A program made the position numbers and the translations under genes. DNA of 64,000 bases, taken from contig JAGCXA010000023.1 in NCBI GenBank assembly GCA_017961575.1, positions 19,056 to 83,055 on the forward strand, read 5' to 3'. Every line of letters starts with the position of its first letter. The stretch's first letter is position 1. Source of the DNA: Clostridia bacterium. Lineage in GTDB: Bacteria > Bacillota > Clostridia > Oscillospirales > CAG-272. This document shows positions 29,423 through 39,859 of this stretch, piece after piece. The notes below the pieces were generated by a model, which worked only from the letters and a program-made list of their open reading frames with translations, made no database searches and had not been told where the DNA came from.

Positions 29423-30549
29423 GCACGACCGGATTCATTTTTTCAAATCTCAACAGCAACACGCTCTCGCTTCTGACGTCCGACCGCACGGTCGCCGCCA
29501 TTCCGTTCGCGTGCCGGTACCGCTTGGTCGATTTCGCCCTCTCCAATATGGTGAACTCGGACATCATCGACATCAACGTCATCGCCAACTATAACTTCCG
29601 GTCGCTTGTCAATCATATCGGGTCGGGAAAAGACTGGGATCTTGCGCGCCGTTCCGGCGGGATCAAGGTCCTCTCGCCGGGGCAGGAAGCGCGGCAAGCC
29701 GACGCGATGGTCTACTCCTATCGGCTGGAAGCGCTCCGCAGCATCCGCGACCGGATCCTCGAACTGACGAGCGACACCGTCGTTCTGACCGACAGCGATC
29801 ATCTCTATAACATCGACTTAAACGACGTGATCGCGTTCCATAAGGCAAACGACGCGGAGATCACCTTCGTTACGGTGCAGAGCAAGATCGGGGAACAAAC
29901 GCGCAATCCCGAAACGGCGATCCAGTCCGACGCGAAGGGAAGGATCACCGACATCGTAAAATCCACGGGATACGACCCCGACCACCCGCTCCGCTCGATC
30001 CGGCTTTTCGTCCTTTCGACCGATTTCCTCGTCCGCTCGCTCGACGAGGCGGTCGCCCGGAACTATCACAGTTTTACCGACGACATCATTATGCACTCGC
30101 CCGAACGTCGCCGTTTCTTCTCCTACTGCTTCAACGACGTCGTGATCCCGGTGACTTCCTTCCTCGAATACTACCGGGCGAATATCCTTCTGACCAAGGA
30201 CGCCGCACAGCGGAACGCCCTTCTCGGAAAGTGGGAGCGTCCGATCTACACGAAGGTTCACAACTCGCCCCCGACGGTCTATCACGACGGGTGCAACGTG
30301 AAGGATTCTCTGATCGCGGACGGATGCCTGATCGAGGGAACCGTCGAGAACTCGGTCCTTTTCCGCGGCGTCAAGGTCTCGCGCGGCGCCGTCGTCAAGA
30401 ACTCGATCCTGTTCGGCGGCACCTACGTCGGTTCGGGCAGTTCGCTCAACTGTATCGTATCGGATAAGAACGTCGTGATCTCGGACGATCAGACGCTGTC
30501 CGGCGCTGAATCCACCCCCTTCTATATCGCGAAAAACAAACGCATCTGA
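29419..30549 (+). CDS. glgD: Glucose-1-phosphate adenylyltransferase regulatory subunit GlgD
   Basis: 376 aa GlgC paralogue lacking the GGxGxRL loop ([10 protein letters not shown] instead). ATGA overlap with glgC. Confidence 0.85.
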   Translation: MSTTGFIFSNLNSNTLSLLTSDRTVAAIPFACRYRLVDFALSNMVNSDIIDINVIANYNFRSLVNHIGSGKDWDLARRSGGIKVLSPGQEARQADAMVYSYRLEALRSIRDRILELTSDTVVLTDSDHLYNIDLNDVIAFHKANDAEITFVTVQSKIGEQTRNPETAIQSDAKGRITDIVKSTGYDPDHPLRSIRLFVLSTDFLVRSLDEAVARNYHSFTDDIIMHSPERRRFFSYCFNDVVIPVTSFLEYYRANILLTKDAAQRNALLGKWERPIYTKVHNSPPTVYHDGCNVKDSLIADGCLIEGTVENSVLFRGVKVSRGAVVKNSILFGGTYVGSGSSLNCIVSDKNVVISDDQTLSGAESTPFYIAKNKRI

Positions 30550-30565
30550 AAAAACGAAAGGAGAC

Positions 30566-31996
30566 GTGACCGTGGACATCCTTTACGTCACAAGCGAGGC
30601 GGCACCGTTTGCCGCCAGCGGAGGACTCGGCGACGTGATGGGCGCGCTCCCGCAGGCGGTCAAGGCGTCCTCGCCGGAAGATCGCGTCAGCGTGATTCTG
30701 CCGTACTACAAGAATAAGGTGCCGGAAAGCTTCTCCTCAAATTTCCGGTTCGTTACCGAGTTCCGTTTTCGCTACGTCTGGCGCGACGCCTACGTCGGGA
30801 TCTACGCGACCGAACGCGGCGGCGTCACCTACTACTTTATTGACAACGAGCAATACTTCCTTCGCCCCGCGCTTTACGGAGAGTACGACGACGGGGAACG
30901 CTTCGCTTTCTTTTCGATGGCGGTCGTCGAGTTTATGCTCCGGATGGAGAAGGCGCCCGACGTTCTGCATGCCAACGACTGGCAGAGCGCGCTGACGGTC
31001 GTGTACCTGCGCACCAAGTACGCGAAGATCGAGTCGCTTCGCCGCGTCAGGACGGTTTACACCATCCACAATATCGAATATCAGGGAAAGTTCGATCCGG
31101 CGATCCTCGGCGATATTTTCGGACTTGACGATCTCTACCGGCAGGTCGTGGAATACGACGGCTGCGTCAACCTGATGAAGGGGGCGATCGTCGTCTCGGA
31201 TCGCGTCACGACGGTCAGCCCGAACTACGCCTGCGAACTCCGTCAGGCGTACTTTGCCTTCGGGCTTCAACACGTGATCAACGCAAACGGGCATAAACTG
31301 TCGGGGATCATCAACGGGATCGACACGGTCGCGTTCTCCCCGGATAAGGGCGGGGACATCGCCTGTCCTTATACGCTCGAAACCGTCTGGGAGGGGAAGG
31401 CGAAGAACAAGGCGGCGCTCCAAAATGAACTCGGGCTTCCCGTGAAGCGCGACGTTCCGCTCGTCGTGATGATCTCGCGGCTTGCCCGTCAGAAAGGCGT
31501 CGATCTTCTGACCTGCATTCTCGACGAATTGCTCGGCGGGGATCTGCAATTCGTGATCCTCGGCACCGGCGACGCCGATTACGAAGAGACGCTACGCGAG
31601 ATCGCGGGGCGACATCCCGATAAGATGCGCGCCCTCTTCAAGTTCGACCGCGCCCTCTCCAAGCAACTTTACGCCTCGGCGGACGTTTTCCTGATGCCCT
31701 CGCGTTCCGAGCCCTGCGGGCTTGCGCAGATGATCGCCTGTTCCTACGGGACGATCCCGGTCGTGCGCGCCGTCGGCGGTCTTTACGATACGATCGTTCC
31801 GTACGGCCGGGAGGGAGCGAACGGCTTTATGTTCAACAACTACAACGCCCACGAACTCCTGTTCCGTACCAAGGACGCGCTCTCGCTTTACCGCAATCCC
31901 GAAGAATGGGGAAAACTGATCGCCGGAGCGATGAAAACCGATTTCACCTGGGATCGCTCCGCCGAAAAATATCTGTCTCTTTATAGGGGTCTCTGA
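30566..31996 (+). CDS. glgA: Glycogen synthase
   Basis: 476 aa. GTG start after a GGAG RBS. SEAAPFAASGGLGDV motif. Confidence 0.95.
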   Translation: MTVDILYVTSEAAPFAASGGLGDVMGALPQAVKASSPEDRVSVILPYYKNKVPESFSSNFRFVTEFRFRYVWRDAYVGIYATERGGVTYYFIDNEQYFLRPALYGEYDDGERFAFFSMAVVEFMLRMEKAPDVLHANDWQSALTVVYLRTKYAKIESLRRVRTVYTIHNIEYQGKFDPAILGDIFGLDDLYRQVVEYDGCVNLMKGAIVVSDRVTTVSPNYACELRQAYFAFGLQHVINANGHKLSGIINGIDTVAFSPDKGGDIACPYTLETVWEGKAKNKAALQNELGLPVKRDVPLVVMISRLARQKGVDLLTCILDELLGGDLQFVILGTGDADYEETLREIAGRHPDKMRALFKFDRALSKQLYASADVFLMPSRSEPCGLAQMIACSYGTIPVVRAVGGLYDTIVPYGREGANGFMFNNYNAHELLFRTKDALSLYRNPEEWGKLIAGAMKTDFTWDRSAEKYLSLYRGL

Positions 31997-32027
31997 TCCC
32001 TAAATCTCCCTACGAAAGGCATATCCG

Positions 32028-34511
32028 ATGACTGCAAAGACCGTGAAACCGAAAAACGAACAGAGAAAAGAGGACGCCCGTATGACGCCCGACGCGCTTC
32101 GTAAACTGATCGAGGCGAAGTTGCTTTCCCGCGGGATCGGAAATCCCGAGGAGGCGACCGACGAACAGCTGTACCGCTCCGTCGTCGCCGTCGTCAAGGA
32201 CGTGATGAACCGGAACCGCTCGAACTTCAAAAAACGGATCAAGGCGGCGAAGAGCAAGAAGGTCTGTTATCTCTGTATGGAGTTCCTTGTCGGGCGTTCG
32301 CTCGAAAAGAACGTCAACAACCTCGGTATCCGCGCCGCGCTGGACGAGGTGCTTGCCGGGTACGGCAAGAGTTTCGACGGGATCTTTGCCTGTGAGTCCG
32401 ACCCCGGACTCGGGAACGGGGGGCTCGGTCGGCTTGCCGCCTGCTTTATGGATTCGCTGTCGGCGCTCGATTACTCGGCGTCGGGGTATTCTTTGCTTTA
32501 TGAGAACGGTCTGTTCCGTCAGAAACTGGTGGACGGAGAGCAGGTCGAGATCCCCGATCAATGGATCGAACACGGCGGCGCGTGGCTGATCGCGCGCCCC
32601 GAAAAGAGTATGTCGGTTCGTTTCGGCGGGCAGATCAGCGAGAGTTGGGAAAACGGTCAACTCAAAATCACGAATACCGAGTACGACGAGGTACGCGCCG
32701 TCGCCTACGATCTGATGATCCCCGGCACGACGACCAACGCCGTCAACACGCTCCGTCTCTGGAAGGCGAAAGAGGCGGCTGTACCGACGCTCGGCTTCTC
32801 GACGCAGGGAACCTACGTCAAATCCCTCGAAGAGAGCAGCCGCGCGGAGGAGATCACGAAGCAACTGTATCCGCCCGACAACCACGACGAGGGAAAACTG
32901 CTTCGTCTGACGCAGCAGTATTTTCTCGTTTCGGCGTCGCTGCAAAGCATTTTCAGCGATTATTACGCTTCCTACGGGTCGCTTGAAGGTTTTTCGGATC
33001 GCGTCGCCATCCATATCAACGACACGCACCCCGCGCTCTGTATTCCCGAACTGATGCGCATTCTGATGGACGTTTACTCCTATTCGTGGGAGGACGCCTG
33101 GGACACGGTCGTCAAGACCGTGACGTACACCAACCATACCGTGATGCCGGAGGCGCTCGAATGTTGGCGCGTCGATTTGTTCCGTCTGAAACTTCCGCGG
33201 ATCTATATGATCGTCGAGGAGATCAACCGCCGTTTCTGCGCCGATCTCTGGAAACTCTATCCCGGCGACTGGGACCGCATTTCGCGGATGGCTGTCGTCG
33301 CGTACGGACAGGTGCGGATGGCGAACCTTTCGGTCGTCGGATCGCACACCGTGAACGGCGTTTCCGCGCTGCACAGCGATATTCTGAAAAAAACCGTATT
33401 CCACGACTTCTATAAAATGACCCCGTGGAAGTTCACGAACGTGACAAACGGCGTGTTTCACCGTCGCTGGCTTCTGTCGGCGAACCCGAATCTGACCGAA
33501 CTTTTGAAGGAATGTATCGGCGACGGATTTGCCGAGCATCCCGAGGAACTTGAAAAGTTCGATCGCTTCGCCGACGATCCGGGGGTCCTTGACCGTCTCG
33601 GTGACGTGAAACGGAAGAACAAAGAGCGGTTCGCCGCCTACGTCAAAGAGAAAACCGGGCAGATCATCGACCCCGATTCGGTATTCGACGTGCAGGTCAA
33701 ACGGATGCACGAATACAAGCGTCAACTTCTGAACGCCTTGAAGATCCTTTCGATGTATCAGGAGATCTGCGACAATCCGGCGTCGGTCATCCCGAAGCAG
33801 ACCTTCATTTTCGGCGCGAAAGCCGCGCCGGGATACCAAATGGCGAAGAAACTGATCCGTTTCCTCTATTTCCTCAGCCGCGAACTTGAAAGCAATCCGC
33901 TGACCCGCGACCGTCTGAAACTCGTGTTTATGGAGGAGTATAACGTCAGTCTCGCCGAGATCCTGATCCCCTCCGCCGACATCAGCGAGCAGATCTCGCT
34001 TGCCGGTAAAGAGGCGAGCGGGACGGGGAATATGAAACTGATGATGAACGGCGCTCTGACGCTCGGGACGCTCGACGGCGCGAACGTCGAGATCCTCGAC
34101 TCGGTCGGCGACCCGAACATCTATATCTTCGGGCTGAACACCTACGAGGTCGACGAACTCTGGCGGCACGGCTACATCGCGCGCGAGTTCTACCACTCCT
34201 CGGAGGCGCTTCACCGGACGATCGACCGGCTCTGGTATCCCATCGGGGGACAGGACTTCTCGCACATTGCCGATTACCTCATCAACGGCGGATATACCGT
34301 CGCCGATCCCTTTATGTGCCTTGCCGACTTCGATTCCTACTGCGTGACGGCGGAACGCGCTCTGAACGATTACCGCAACCGTCGCGAGTGGAACCGGAAA
34401 TCGCTTCTCAATATCGCGCGTTCGGGTCGGTTCTCGTCCGACGTTTCGATCCGTCACTACGCGAACGAGATCTGGCACATCGATCCCGTCGGCGGTGAGC
34501 CCCTTGTCTGA
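32028..34511 (+). CDS. glgP: Glycogen/maltodextrin phosphorylase
   Basis: 827 aa. PLP-lysine motif EASGTGNMKLMMNGA. Confidence 0.95.
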   Translation: MTAKTVKPKNEQRKEDARMTPDALRKLIEAKLLSRGIGNPEEATDEQLYRSVVAVVKDVMNRNRSNFKKRIKAAKSKKVCYLCMEFLVGRSLEKNVNNLGIRAALDEVLAGYGKSFDGIFACESDPGLGNGGLGRLAACFMDSLSALDYSASGYSLLYENGLFRQKLVDGEQVEIPDQWIEHGGAWLIARPEKSMSVRFGGQISESWENGQLKITNTEYDEVRAVAYDLMIPGTTTNAVNTLRLWKAKEAAVPTLGFSTQGTYVKSLEESSRAEEITKQLYPPDNHDEGKLLRLTQQYFLVSASLQSIFSDYYASYGSLEGFSDRVAIHINDTHPALCIPELMRILMDVYSYSWEDAWDTVVKTVTYTNHTVMPEALECWRVDLFRLKLPRIYMIVEEINRRFCADLWKLYPGDWDRISRMAVVAYGQVRMANLSVVGSHTVNGVSALHSDILKKTVFHDFYKMTPWKFTNVTNGVFHRRWLLSANPNLTELLKECIGDGFAEHPEELEKFDRFADDPGVLDRLGDVKRKNKERFAAYVKEKTGQIIDPDSVFDVQVKRMHEYKRQLLNALKILSMYQEICDNPASVIPKQTFIFGAKAAPGYQMAKKLIRFLYFLSRELESNPLTRDRLKLVFMEEYNVSLAEILIPSADISEQISLAGKEASGTGNMKLMMNGALTLGTLDGANVEILDSVGDPNIYIFGLNTYEVDELWRHGYIAREFYHSSEALHRTIDRLWYPIGGQDFSHIADYLINGGYTVADPFMCLADFDSYCVTAERALNDYRNRREWNRKSLLNIARSGRFSSDVSIRHYANEIWHIDPVGGEPLV

Positions 34512-36420
34512 CCTTCGGTTTGATCCCGCCCGGATCCTATCGGTCGGCGGGGAATACGACGGGCTATGCGGGAACGAACCCTACGCCGACCGACGCGCCG
34601 CGTCGGTCTCCGACAGGATCGCGTTCCGCTTTTTCGTGCCGCGCCAGATCGGCGCAAAACGACTGACCGTCAGCGCCCTGTCCGGCGACGGATCGCATGA
34701 AACGACCTTCTCACTCGATTGGGAAGGTCTTTTCGGCGCGTTCGACCTTTATCAGGTCGACCTGACTGGAAAACTGCCCGTGGGGCTTTGGTTCCTTTCG
34801 GTCTACGCGGAGACGGGGATCGGGAGAGTGTGGTTTCATCGCGCCGGCGGCGGCGGTCTTTCGTTTTCGGAGCGCGCGCCGTCGGAGCGAGAGTCTTTTC
34901 AGTTGACCGTTTGCGACTTTCCGAAAACCGACCGCGCGGACGACGCGGGCGCGGTCTATCATATCTTCGTCGACCGCTACCGCCGCGGGAAGAATACGCC
35001 GGTCCCCGACGGGATGGAGTTCGTTTCCGACTGGGAGTCCCGCGACCTTGAATATCCCGCCTATCCCGGCGCGCCGATGAAAAACAACCGCGTCTGGGGC
35101 GGGAACCTGTCGGGCGTCACCGAAAAACTCGACGAGATCAAAAAACTCGGCGCGACCCTGATCTATCTGTCCCCGATCTTTCTCTCCCCGTCCAATCACC
35201 GCTACGACACGGCGGACTATCTGACGCTCGATCCGCTCGTCGGTGACGAACACGACCTTGCGGAACTGATCCGAGAGGCGAAACGCCGTGGGATCGGCGT
35301 TCTGCTTGACGGCGTGTTCAATCACACCGGCTCCGACAGCGTGTATTTCAATCAGAAAGGACGCTTTTCCTCGGTCGGCGCGTGTCAGGGACCGTCGTCG
35401 CCCTATTACAAATGGTACAATTTCCATAGGTTTCCCGACGACTACGAGTGTTGGTGGGACATCCCGATCCTGCCGCGGATCAATCCCGACGAGCCGTCCT
35501 GCCGCTCGTTTTTCGTCGGAGAGAACGGCGTGATCGCGCATTACGCCGCGCTCGGCGTCAAGGGATTCCGGCTCGACGTGGCGGACGAACTCTCGGACGG
35601 GTTTATCCGGGAGATCAAAGCACGCCTGAACGAATGCGCGCCCGACAACCTGCTTTACGGCGAGGTCTGGGAGGACGCCTCCAACAAGGTCGCGTACGGA
35701 AAGCGAAAGGAATACTACCTCGGAGGCGAACTCGACGGGGTGATGAACTATCCGTTCCGGACGGCGACCCTGTCTTATCTTCGCGACGGCGGGACGGACG
35801 CCCTCGGCGAGTATATCGGCGAGGTGATGCCGAATATGCCGCGAGAGGTGCGCGACCGACAACTCAACCTGCTCGGTTCGCACGACACGCCGCGCGCGCT
35901 GACAGCACTCGGTGGGGAACGGGAGAACGGAAGGACCGTTCGTGAACTTTCCGGCGTGAAGATGACGCCGGAAGAATACGCCGTCGCGCGAAAGCGTCTG
36001 ATCCTCGCGTACCTGACGTCGGCGACGTTTCCGGGTCGACCGATGATCTATTACGGCGATGAGGCAGGGACAGAGGGCTACGCCGACCCGATGAACCGGA
36101 TGCCGTACCCGTGGGGAAAGGAGGACGAAACGCTCCTTGACGCATATCGACGGATCGGTCGGCTTCGGTCTGATCATCCCGCGTTGCTTCACGGCTCGTT
36201 TACGCTTCTGCATCTGGACGCTTCGCTTCTCGCATACGACAGAAATGACGGAAAAAGCGCTGTCACCGTGTTCATAAACCGTTCACAAAGTGATTTGGAA
36301 GTCTCTTTCGAGAACAAATACAAGGATAAAAAGCAAGGCAGAAGTCAAATCCGCAAATTCTCGCTTTCACCGTTGTCGGGCGCCGTTTTGACGGAATCGG
36401 GTATGGACGTTTTCAGCTGA
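34495..36420 (+). CDS. GH13 alpha-amylase-family enzyme (neopullulanase/cyclomaltodextrinase-like)
   Basis: 641 aa. GH13 regions DGVFNHTG, GFRLDVADE, GEVWED, LGSHDTPR. Overlaps the glgP end by 17 nt. Confidence 0.85.
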   Translation: MSPLSDLRFDPARILSVGGEYDGLCGNEPYADRRAASVSDRIAFRFFVPRQIGAKRLTVSALSGDGSHETTFSLDWEGLFGAFDLYQVDLTGKLPVGLWFLSVYAETGIGRVWFHRAGGGGLSFSERAPSERESFQLTVCDFPKTDRADDAGAVYHIFVDRYRRGKNTPVPDGMEFVSDWESRDLEYPAYPGAPMKNNRVWGGNLSGVTEKLDEIKKLGATLIYLSPIFLSPSNHRYDTADYLTLDPLVGDEHDLAELIREAKRRGIGVLLDGVFNHTGSDSVYFNQKGRFSSVGACQGPSSPYYKWYNFHRFPDDYECWWDIPILPRINPDEPSCRSFFVGENGVIAHYAALGVKGFRLDVADELSDGFIREIKARLNECAPDNLLYGEVWEDASNKVAYGKRKEYYLGGELDGVMNYPFRTATLSYLRDGGTDALGEYIGEVMPNMPREVRDRQLNLLGSHDTPRALTALGGERENGRTVRELSGVKMTPEEYAVARKRLILAYLTSATFPGRPMIYYGDEAGTEGYADPMNRMPYPWGKEDETLLDAYRRIGRLRSDHPALLHGSFTLLHLDASLLAYDRNDGKSAVTVFINRSQSDLEVSFENKYKDKKQGRSQIRKFSLSPLSGAVLTESGMDVFS

Positions 36421-36489
36421 TTTTCCCGGTTTTACCGTGCCTGACAGAACTTTTTTCGGATAGATCCGGCGCTTTAACGCCGAAAATAT

Positions 36490-36522
36490 CTCCGGGAACC
36501 AAATCGGTCCCGGAGGTTTTTT
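36490..36522 (+). terminator. Intrinsic terminator of the glg operon, overlapping the pdaA RBS
   Basis: CTCCGGGA / TCCCGGAG 8-bp stem, 10-nt loop, then G + T6 ending at the pdaA ATG. Confidence 0.8.
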
Positions 36523-37314
36523 ATGAAAATGCTGGCGTGTCTGTTGTCGGTTCTGATCCCACTGTCCTCCCCGGTCGCAAATCTGCCGGCGTCTCGTTCC
36601 GTCGCCGACCGTTCGGAACTCAGGTGGTACGTGAAACGTAACGGCGAACATCGCGTCCCCGACCTTCCCGCCGAGTTTTCTTCGCTTGACGAGTACGGCG
36701 CGTATTACGCCGATACGAAAAAGGAAGGGGAAAAGGTGCTGTATCTGACGTTCGACGCCGGATACGAAAACGGGAACGTAGAACGGATACTTGACGCCCT
36801 GAGTGAGAAAAAAGTTCCCGGCGCCTTTTTCATTCTCTCTCATTTTCTCAACGCGAATCCCGATCTGGTCGGTAGGATGATCGACGAGGGACACCTCGTC
36901 TGTAACCACACGGCGCATCACCGGAATATGGCGCGGGCGACCCCGGACGAAGCGAGACGGGAACTGTTGGATCTGGAAACGCTTTTCCGCGAAAAGACGG
37001 GACGGGAGATGGCGAAATTCTACCGTCCGCCGGAAGGGACTTTTTCACGCGAGAATCTTGCGATCGCAAAGGAACTCGGTTACGCAACGGTTTTTTGGAG
37101 TTTTGCCTACGCCGATTGGGCAAACGACAAGCAACCGTCCCCCGATTCCTCCCTTCGGAAGATTCTCGATAATCTTCATCCGGGCGCGATCTTACTTCTG
37201 CATCCGACGTCTCGGACGAACGCCGTGATCCTGCCCTGCCTGATCGACGAGTGCCGCGCTCTCGGATACCGTTTCGCCTCGCTTGACGAACTGACGGGTC
37301 GGACGGAAAAATGA
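36523..37314 (+). CDS. pdaA: NodB-type polysaccharide deacetylase, PdaA-like (delta-lactam-biosynthetic de-N-acetylase)
   Basis: 263 aa. Signal/anchor sequence, TFDAGYENGN and HLVCNHTAHH motifs. Confidence 0.75.
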   Translation: MKMLACLLSVLIPLSSPVANLPASRSVADRSELRWYVKRNGEHRVPDLPAEFSSLDEYGAYYADTKKEGEKVLYLTFDAGYENGNVERILDALSEKKVPGAFFILSHFLNANPDLVGRMIDEGHLVCNHTAHHRNMARATPDEARRELLDLETLFREKTGREMAKFYRPPEGTFSRENLAIAKELGYATVFWSFAYADWANDKQPSPDSSLRKILDNLHPGAILLLHPTSRTNAVILPCLIDECRALGYRFASLDELTGRTEK

Positions 37315-37985
37315 GGGCGGTGTTCAGATGTACCGTCGCCTGCGCGCTCTGTTTCGTTCTTTTGATTTCGACTTTTCCCGTTCTGCATGTTCGTGCGGAC
37401 GAGGGATACGGGGGGCGCGTCGCGCTGACATTCGACGACGGTCCGCATCCCGGAAGAACAAAGCGGATCCTCGCCTTGCTCGAACGGTATTCGGTCCGGG
37501 CGACCTTCTTTATTCTCGGGTGCAACGCCGAATACTATCCCGAACCGCTCGAACTAGCCGTCAAGATGGGACACGAGATCGAGGATCATTCCTTCGATCA
37601 TAAAACGAAGGGAAAGACGGCTGACGAACTGAAAAACAGCATCACGAAGACGGCGGAGATCATCGAGCGCGTCTCCGGGCGAACGCCGCGCTATTTTCGT
37701 CCCCCCGAGGGGGCGAGCACGCCCGCGCTTGACGAAGCCCTCTCCGCGCTCGGATACGAGGCGGTCTTCTGGACGGTCGATTCGCGCGATTGGACGGGGA
37801 AGCCGGCAAAAGCCATTGCCCGCGACGTCCTGAAAACCGTGCGCGACGGCGACGTCATTCTTTTCCACGACTACACCTGTCCCGGTGAGAACACGCTTCA
37901 CGCGCTTGAAATAATCGTTCCCGTGCTGCTGTCGCGCGGATATCGGTTCGTTACCTTGGAGGAACTTTACGCCTGCGCAAAGTAA
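37311..37985 (+). CDS. NodB-type polysaccharide deacetylase
   Basis: 224 aa. LTFDDGPHPG and HEIEDHSFDH motifs. ATGA overlap with the previous gene. Confidence 0.8.
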   Translation: MRAVFRCTVACALCFVLLISTFPVLHVRADEGYGGRVALTFDDGPHPGRTKRILALLERYSVRATFFILGCNAEYYPEPLELAVKMGHEIEDHSFDHKTKGKTADELKNSITKTAEIIERVSGRTPRYFRPPEGASTPALDEALSALGYEAVFWTVDSRDWTGKPAKAIARDVLKTVRDGDVILFHDYTCPGENTLHALEIIVPVLLSRGYRFVTLEELYACAK

Positions 37986-38017
37986 AACGGAGCATACCGT
38001 GCGGTATGCTCCGTTTT
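37984..38017. terminator. Bidirectional intrinsic terminator
   Basis: AAAACGGAGCATACC / GGTATGCTCCGTTTT 15-bp arms with loop GTGC. Flanked by A4 and T4, between convergent genes. Confidence 0.85.
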
Positions 38018-38025
38018 CGGGCCGG

Positions 38026-39051
38026 TCAGGTTTCCGGCAGGGCGGGCGGTTCTTCCTCGCCCTCGTCGGGTTCTTCCTCCTCGTTTTGCAGGGGATCGAT
38101 CATGATCTCCTTGACTTTGTAGTAGGCGGCGTAGGTTCCCATAAACTTGACGTGAGAGAAGAGGAACATCAGGGGCATCGCAATCCCGAGGAAGAGCAGA
38201 TAACCGCCGAGACCGAAGAGACACATAATATTGAGGAAAACGAAGAACAGCGTACCGAGCAGCGCAAGTATATTGCGCTTCAACCCGAGAATCGAGAAAA
38301 TCAGGGAGTTTTTCAGCAATTTCTTGATCGAAAGATCGAACGTGACCATTTGCAGATACAGATAGTATCGCATAAAAACGTAGATCATCGCGACCCCGAC
38401 GGTCGTCCAGAGAAGGAAGAAATCGAAGATCCGTCTTGCGGTAGTGAAAAGGTAATAGAGATCGAAACCGAGCAGGGCGAGAACGACGAAGTCGATGACG
38501 CCGTAAATCATCCCCTGCCGCCAGTTGCGTTTGATCGCGTAGAAGAAATCAGAATAGGGAAAAACGGGGTCGCCCATCACGATGCCGCGCGTCACGTAGG
38601 CGGCGCCGACGTTCACGAACCCGAAGGTAAAGACCGTCAGACCGGAAAGCCCAAAAAAGAAGTACGTCCAGAACGTCGGCGCGCGCTCCACGGTTTGCAG
38701 ACCGTCGATCGCGAGAACGACGAGATCGGCGGGACTCGACGCCGCCTGCCCGACGCTCTCCGCGCGGATCAGGGGGAAGACGTCGGACGCGGGGGCGGTG
38801 AATTCCCGCGAGACGGTGCCGGAAAGGGCGAGGATGGCGAAGAGGAGCGGCAGGCACCCCAAAACCATCATGATATTGACCGAAAACAGTTTTCCGAGAT
38901 TGTCACGGTAGAGACGGAAAAAGCGTTTGAGTCCGGTGCCCTCTTTCGCCGCCTGCTCCTTCGTGACTCCTTTTCCTTCGCGCTGCGTATCGAAAAGGCG
39001 GAATTTCCGCTTCTTTTTTGGTTCTTGTTCCCGATTGTCAAAGTCGTTCAA
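38026..39051 (-). CDS. Integral membrane protein, possibly DUF624/YesL-like, with acidic C-terminal tail
   Basis: 341 aa, about 6 TM helices. N-terminal basic region and C-terminal QNEEEEPDEGEEEPP tail. The 365-aa plus-strand ORF here is its antisense shadow. Confidence 0.6.
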   Translation of the reverse strand: MNDFDNREQEPKKKRKFRLFDTQREGKGVTKEQAAKEGTGLKRFFRLYRDNLGKLFSVNIMMVLGCLPLLFAILALSGTVSREFTAPASDVFPLIRAESVGQAASSPADLVVLAIDGLQTVERAPTFWTYFFFGLSGLTVFTFGFVNVGAAYVTRGIVMGDPVFPYSDFFYAIKRNWRQGMIYGVIDFVVLALLGFDLYYLFTTARRIFDFFLLWTTVGVAMIYVFMRYYLYLQMVTFDLSIKKLLKNSLIFSILGLKRNILALLGTLFFVFLNIMCLFGLGGYLLFLGIAMPLMFLFSHVKFMGTYAAYYKVKEIMIDPLQNEEEEPDEGEEEPPALPET

Positions 39052-39150
39052 GGCAGATCTCCTTTGCCCATTATATTCTATCCTATCATATCATAACCCG
39101 CCCGAAATAGCAAGTTCAAAGCGCGAATTCAATAATAATTTACAAAACGC

Positions 39151-39179
39151 TTGCTTATCCGGACGAACTGTGTTAGAAT
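39151..39179 (+). promoter_or_regulatory. Sigma-70-type promoter for the GNAT gene
   Basis: TTGCTT - 17 nt - TAGAAT, with a TGT extended -10. Confidence 0.55.
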
Positions 39180-39206
39180 AGAGAAAAAACCGAAGGAGGG
39201 CGGACT

Positions 39207-39806
39207 ATGTTCCGGAGCGGCTGGCTCTCCAACCTGTTCAAAAAGATCCCGGATCTCACGACCGAACGCCTGATCCTTCGGAAGATCCGTTTGACCGACG
39301 CCCCCGACATGTACGAGTATTCCAAGGATCCCGACGTCACGAAATTCCTTCTGTGGGATCCGCACCCGAACGTCGAGCATACCCGCAATTACATCGACTA
39401 TTTGCAGGACCGCTACCGCGACGGGAAGTATTACGACTGGGCGGTCGTGATCCGCTCGACGGGAAAGATGATCGGTACCTGCGGTTTTTCCGCCGTTTAT
39501 CCCGATCACCGCTCCGCCGAGGTCGGATACGTTCTGAATCCCGCCTTCCGCGGACAGGGCTACGCCGGCGAGGCGCTCTGCGCCGTGATGGAATTCGCGT
39601 TCCGCCGTATGGCGTTGAACCGCGTGGAGGCAAGGTGCGTCGTAGAGAACGAGCCGAGCGAGCGCGTGATGCAGAAGGTCGGGATGCAGTTCGAGGGGAT
39701 CGCGCGTTCCGCTCTCTTCGTCAAGGGCGCGTTCCGCGACATCAAGGTCTATTCGATGCTGCGCGAAGAATTCTTGCAGTCGAAACAAAAGAGCAAACCG
39801 TTCTAA
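39207..39806 (+). CDS. GNAT-family N-acetyltransferase (RimJ/RimL-like)
   Basis: 199 aa. RGQGYAGEA acetyl-CoA loop. GGAGGG RBS. Confidence 0.85.
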   Translation: MFRSGWLSNLFKKIPDLTTERLILRKIRLTDAPDMYEYSKDPDVTKFLLWDPHPNVEHTRNYIDYLQDRYRDGKYYDWAVVIRSTGKMIGTCGFSAVYPDHRSAEVGYVLNPAFRGQGYAGEALCAVMEFAFRRMALNRVEARCVVENEPSERVMQKVGMQFEGIARSALFVKGAFRDIKVYSMLREEFLQSKQKSKPF

Positions 39807-39859
39807 TCCGGCAAAACTCCGCATAGATTCGAGCAAACGAAGATAGCGGAGGTACGGAC

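Noticed and set aside
32010-34478. 822-aa minus-strand ORF covering glgP
   Set aside because: This is the same codon-aligned shadow-frame effect. The sense strand has the PLP-lysine motif EASGTGNMK and full-length phosphorylase similarity. The antisense product has no recognisable features.
39822-39829. CATAGATT, a sigma-E-like -10 box upstream of the D-Ala-D-Ala carboxypeptidase gene
   Set aside because: There is no acceptable ATA-type -35 element at 15-18 nt upstream (TCTAAT instead), so the match is a single octamer and could be chance.
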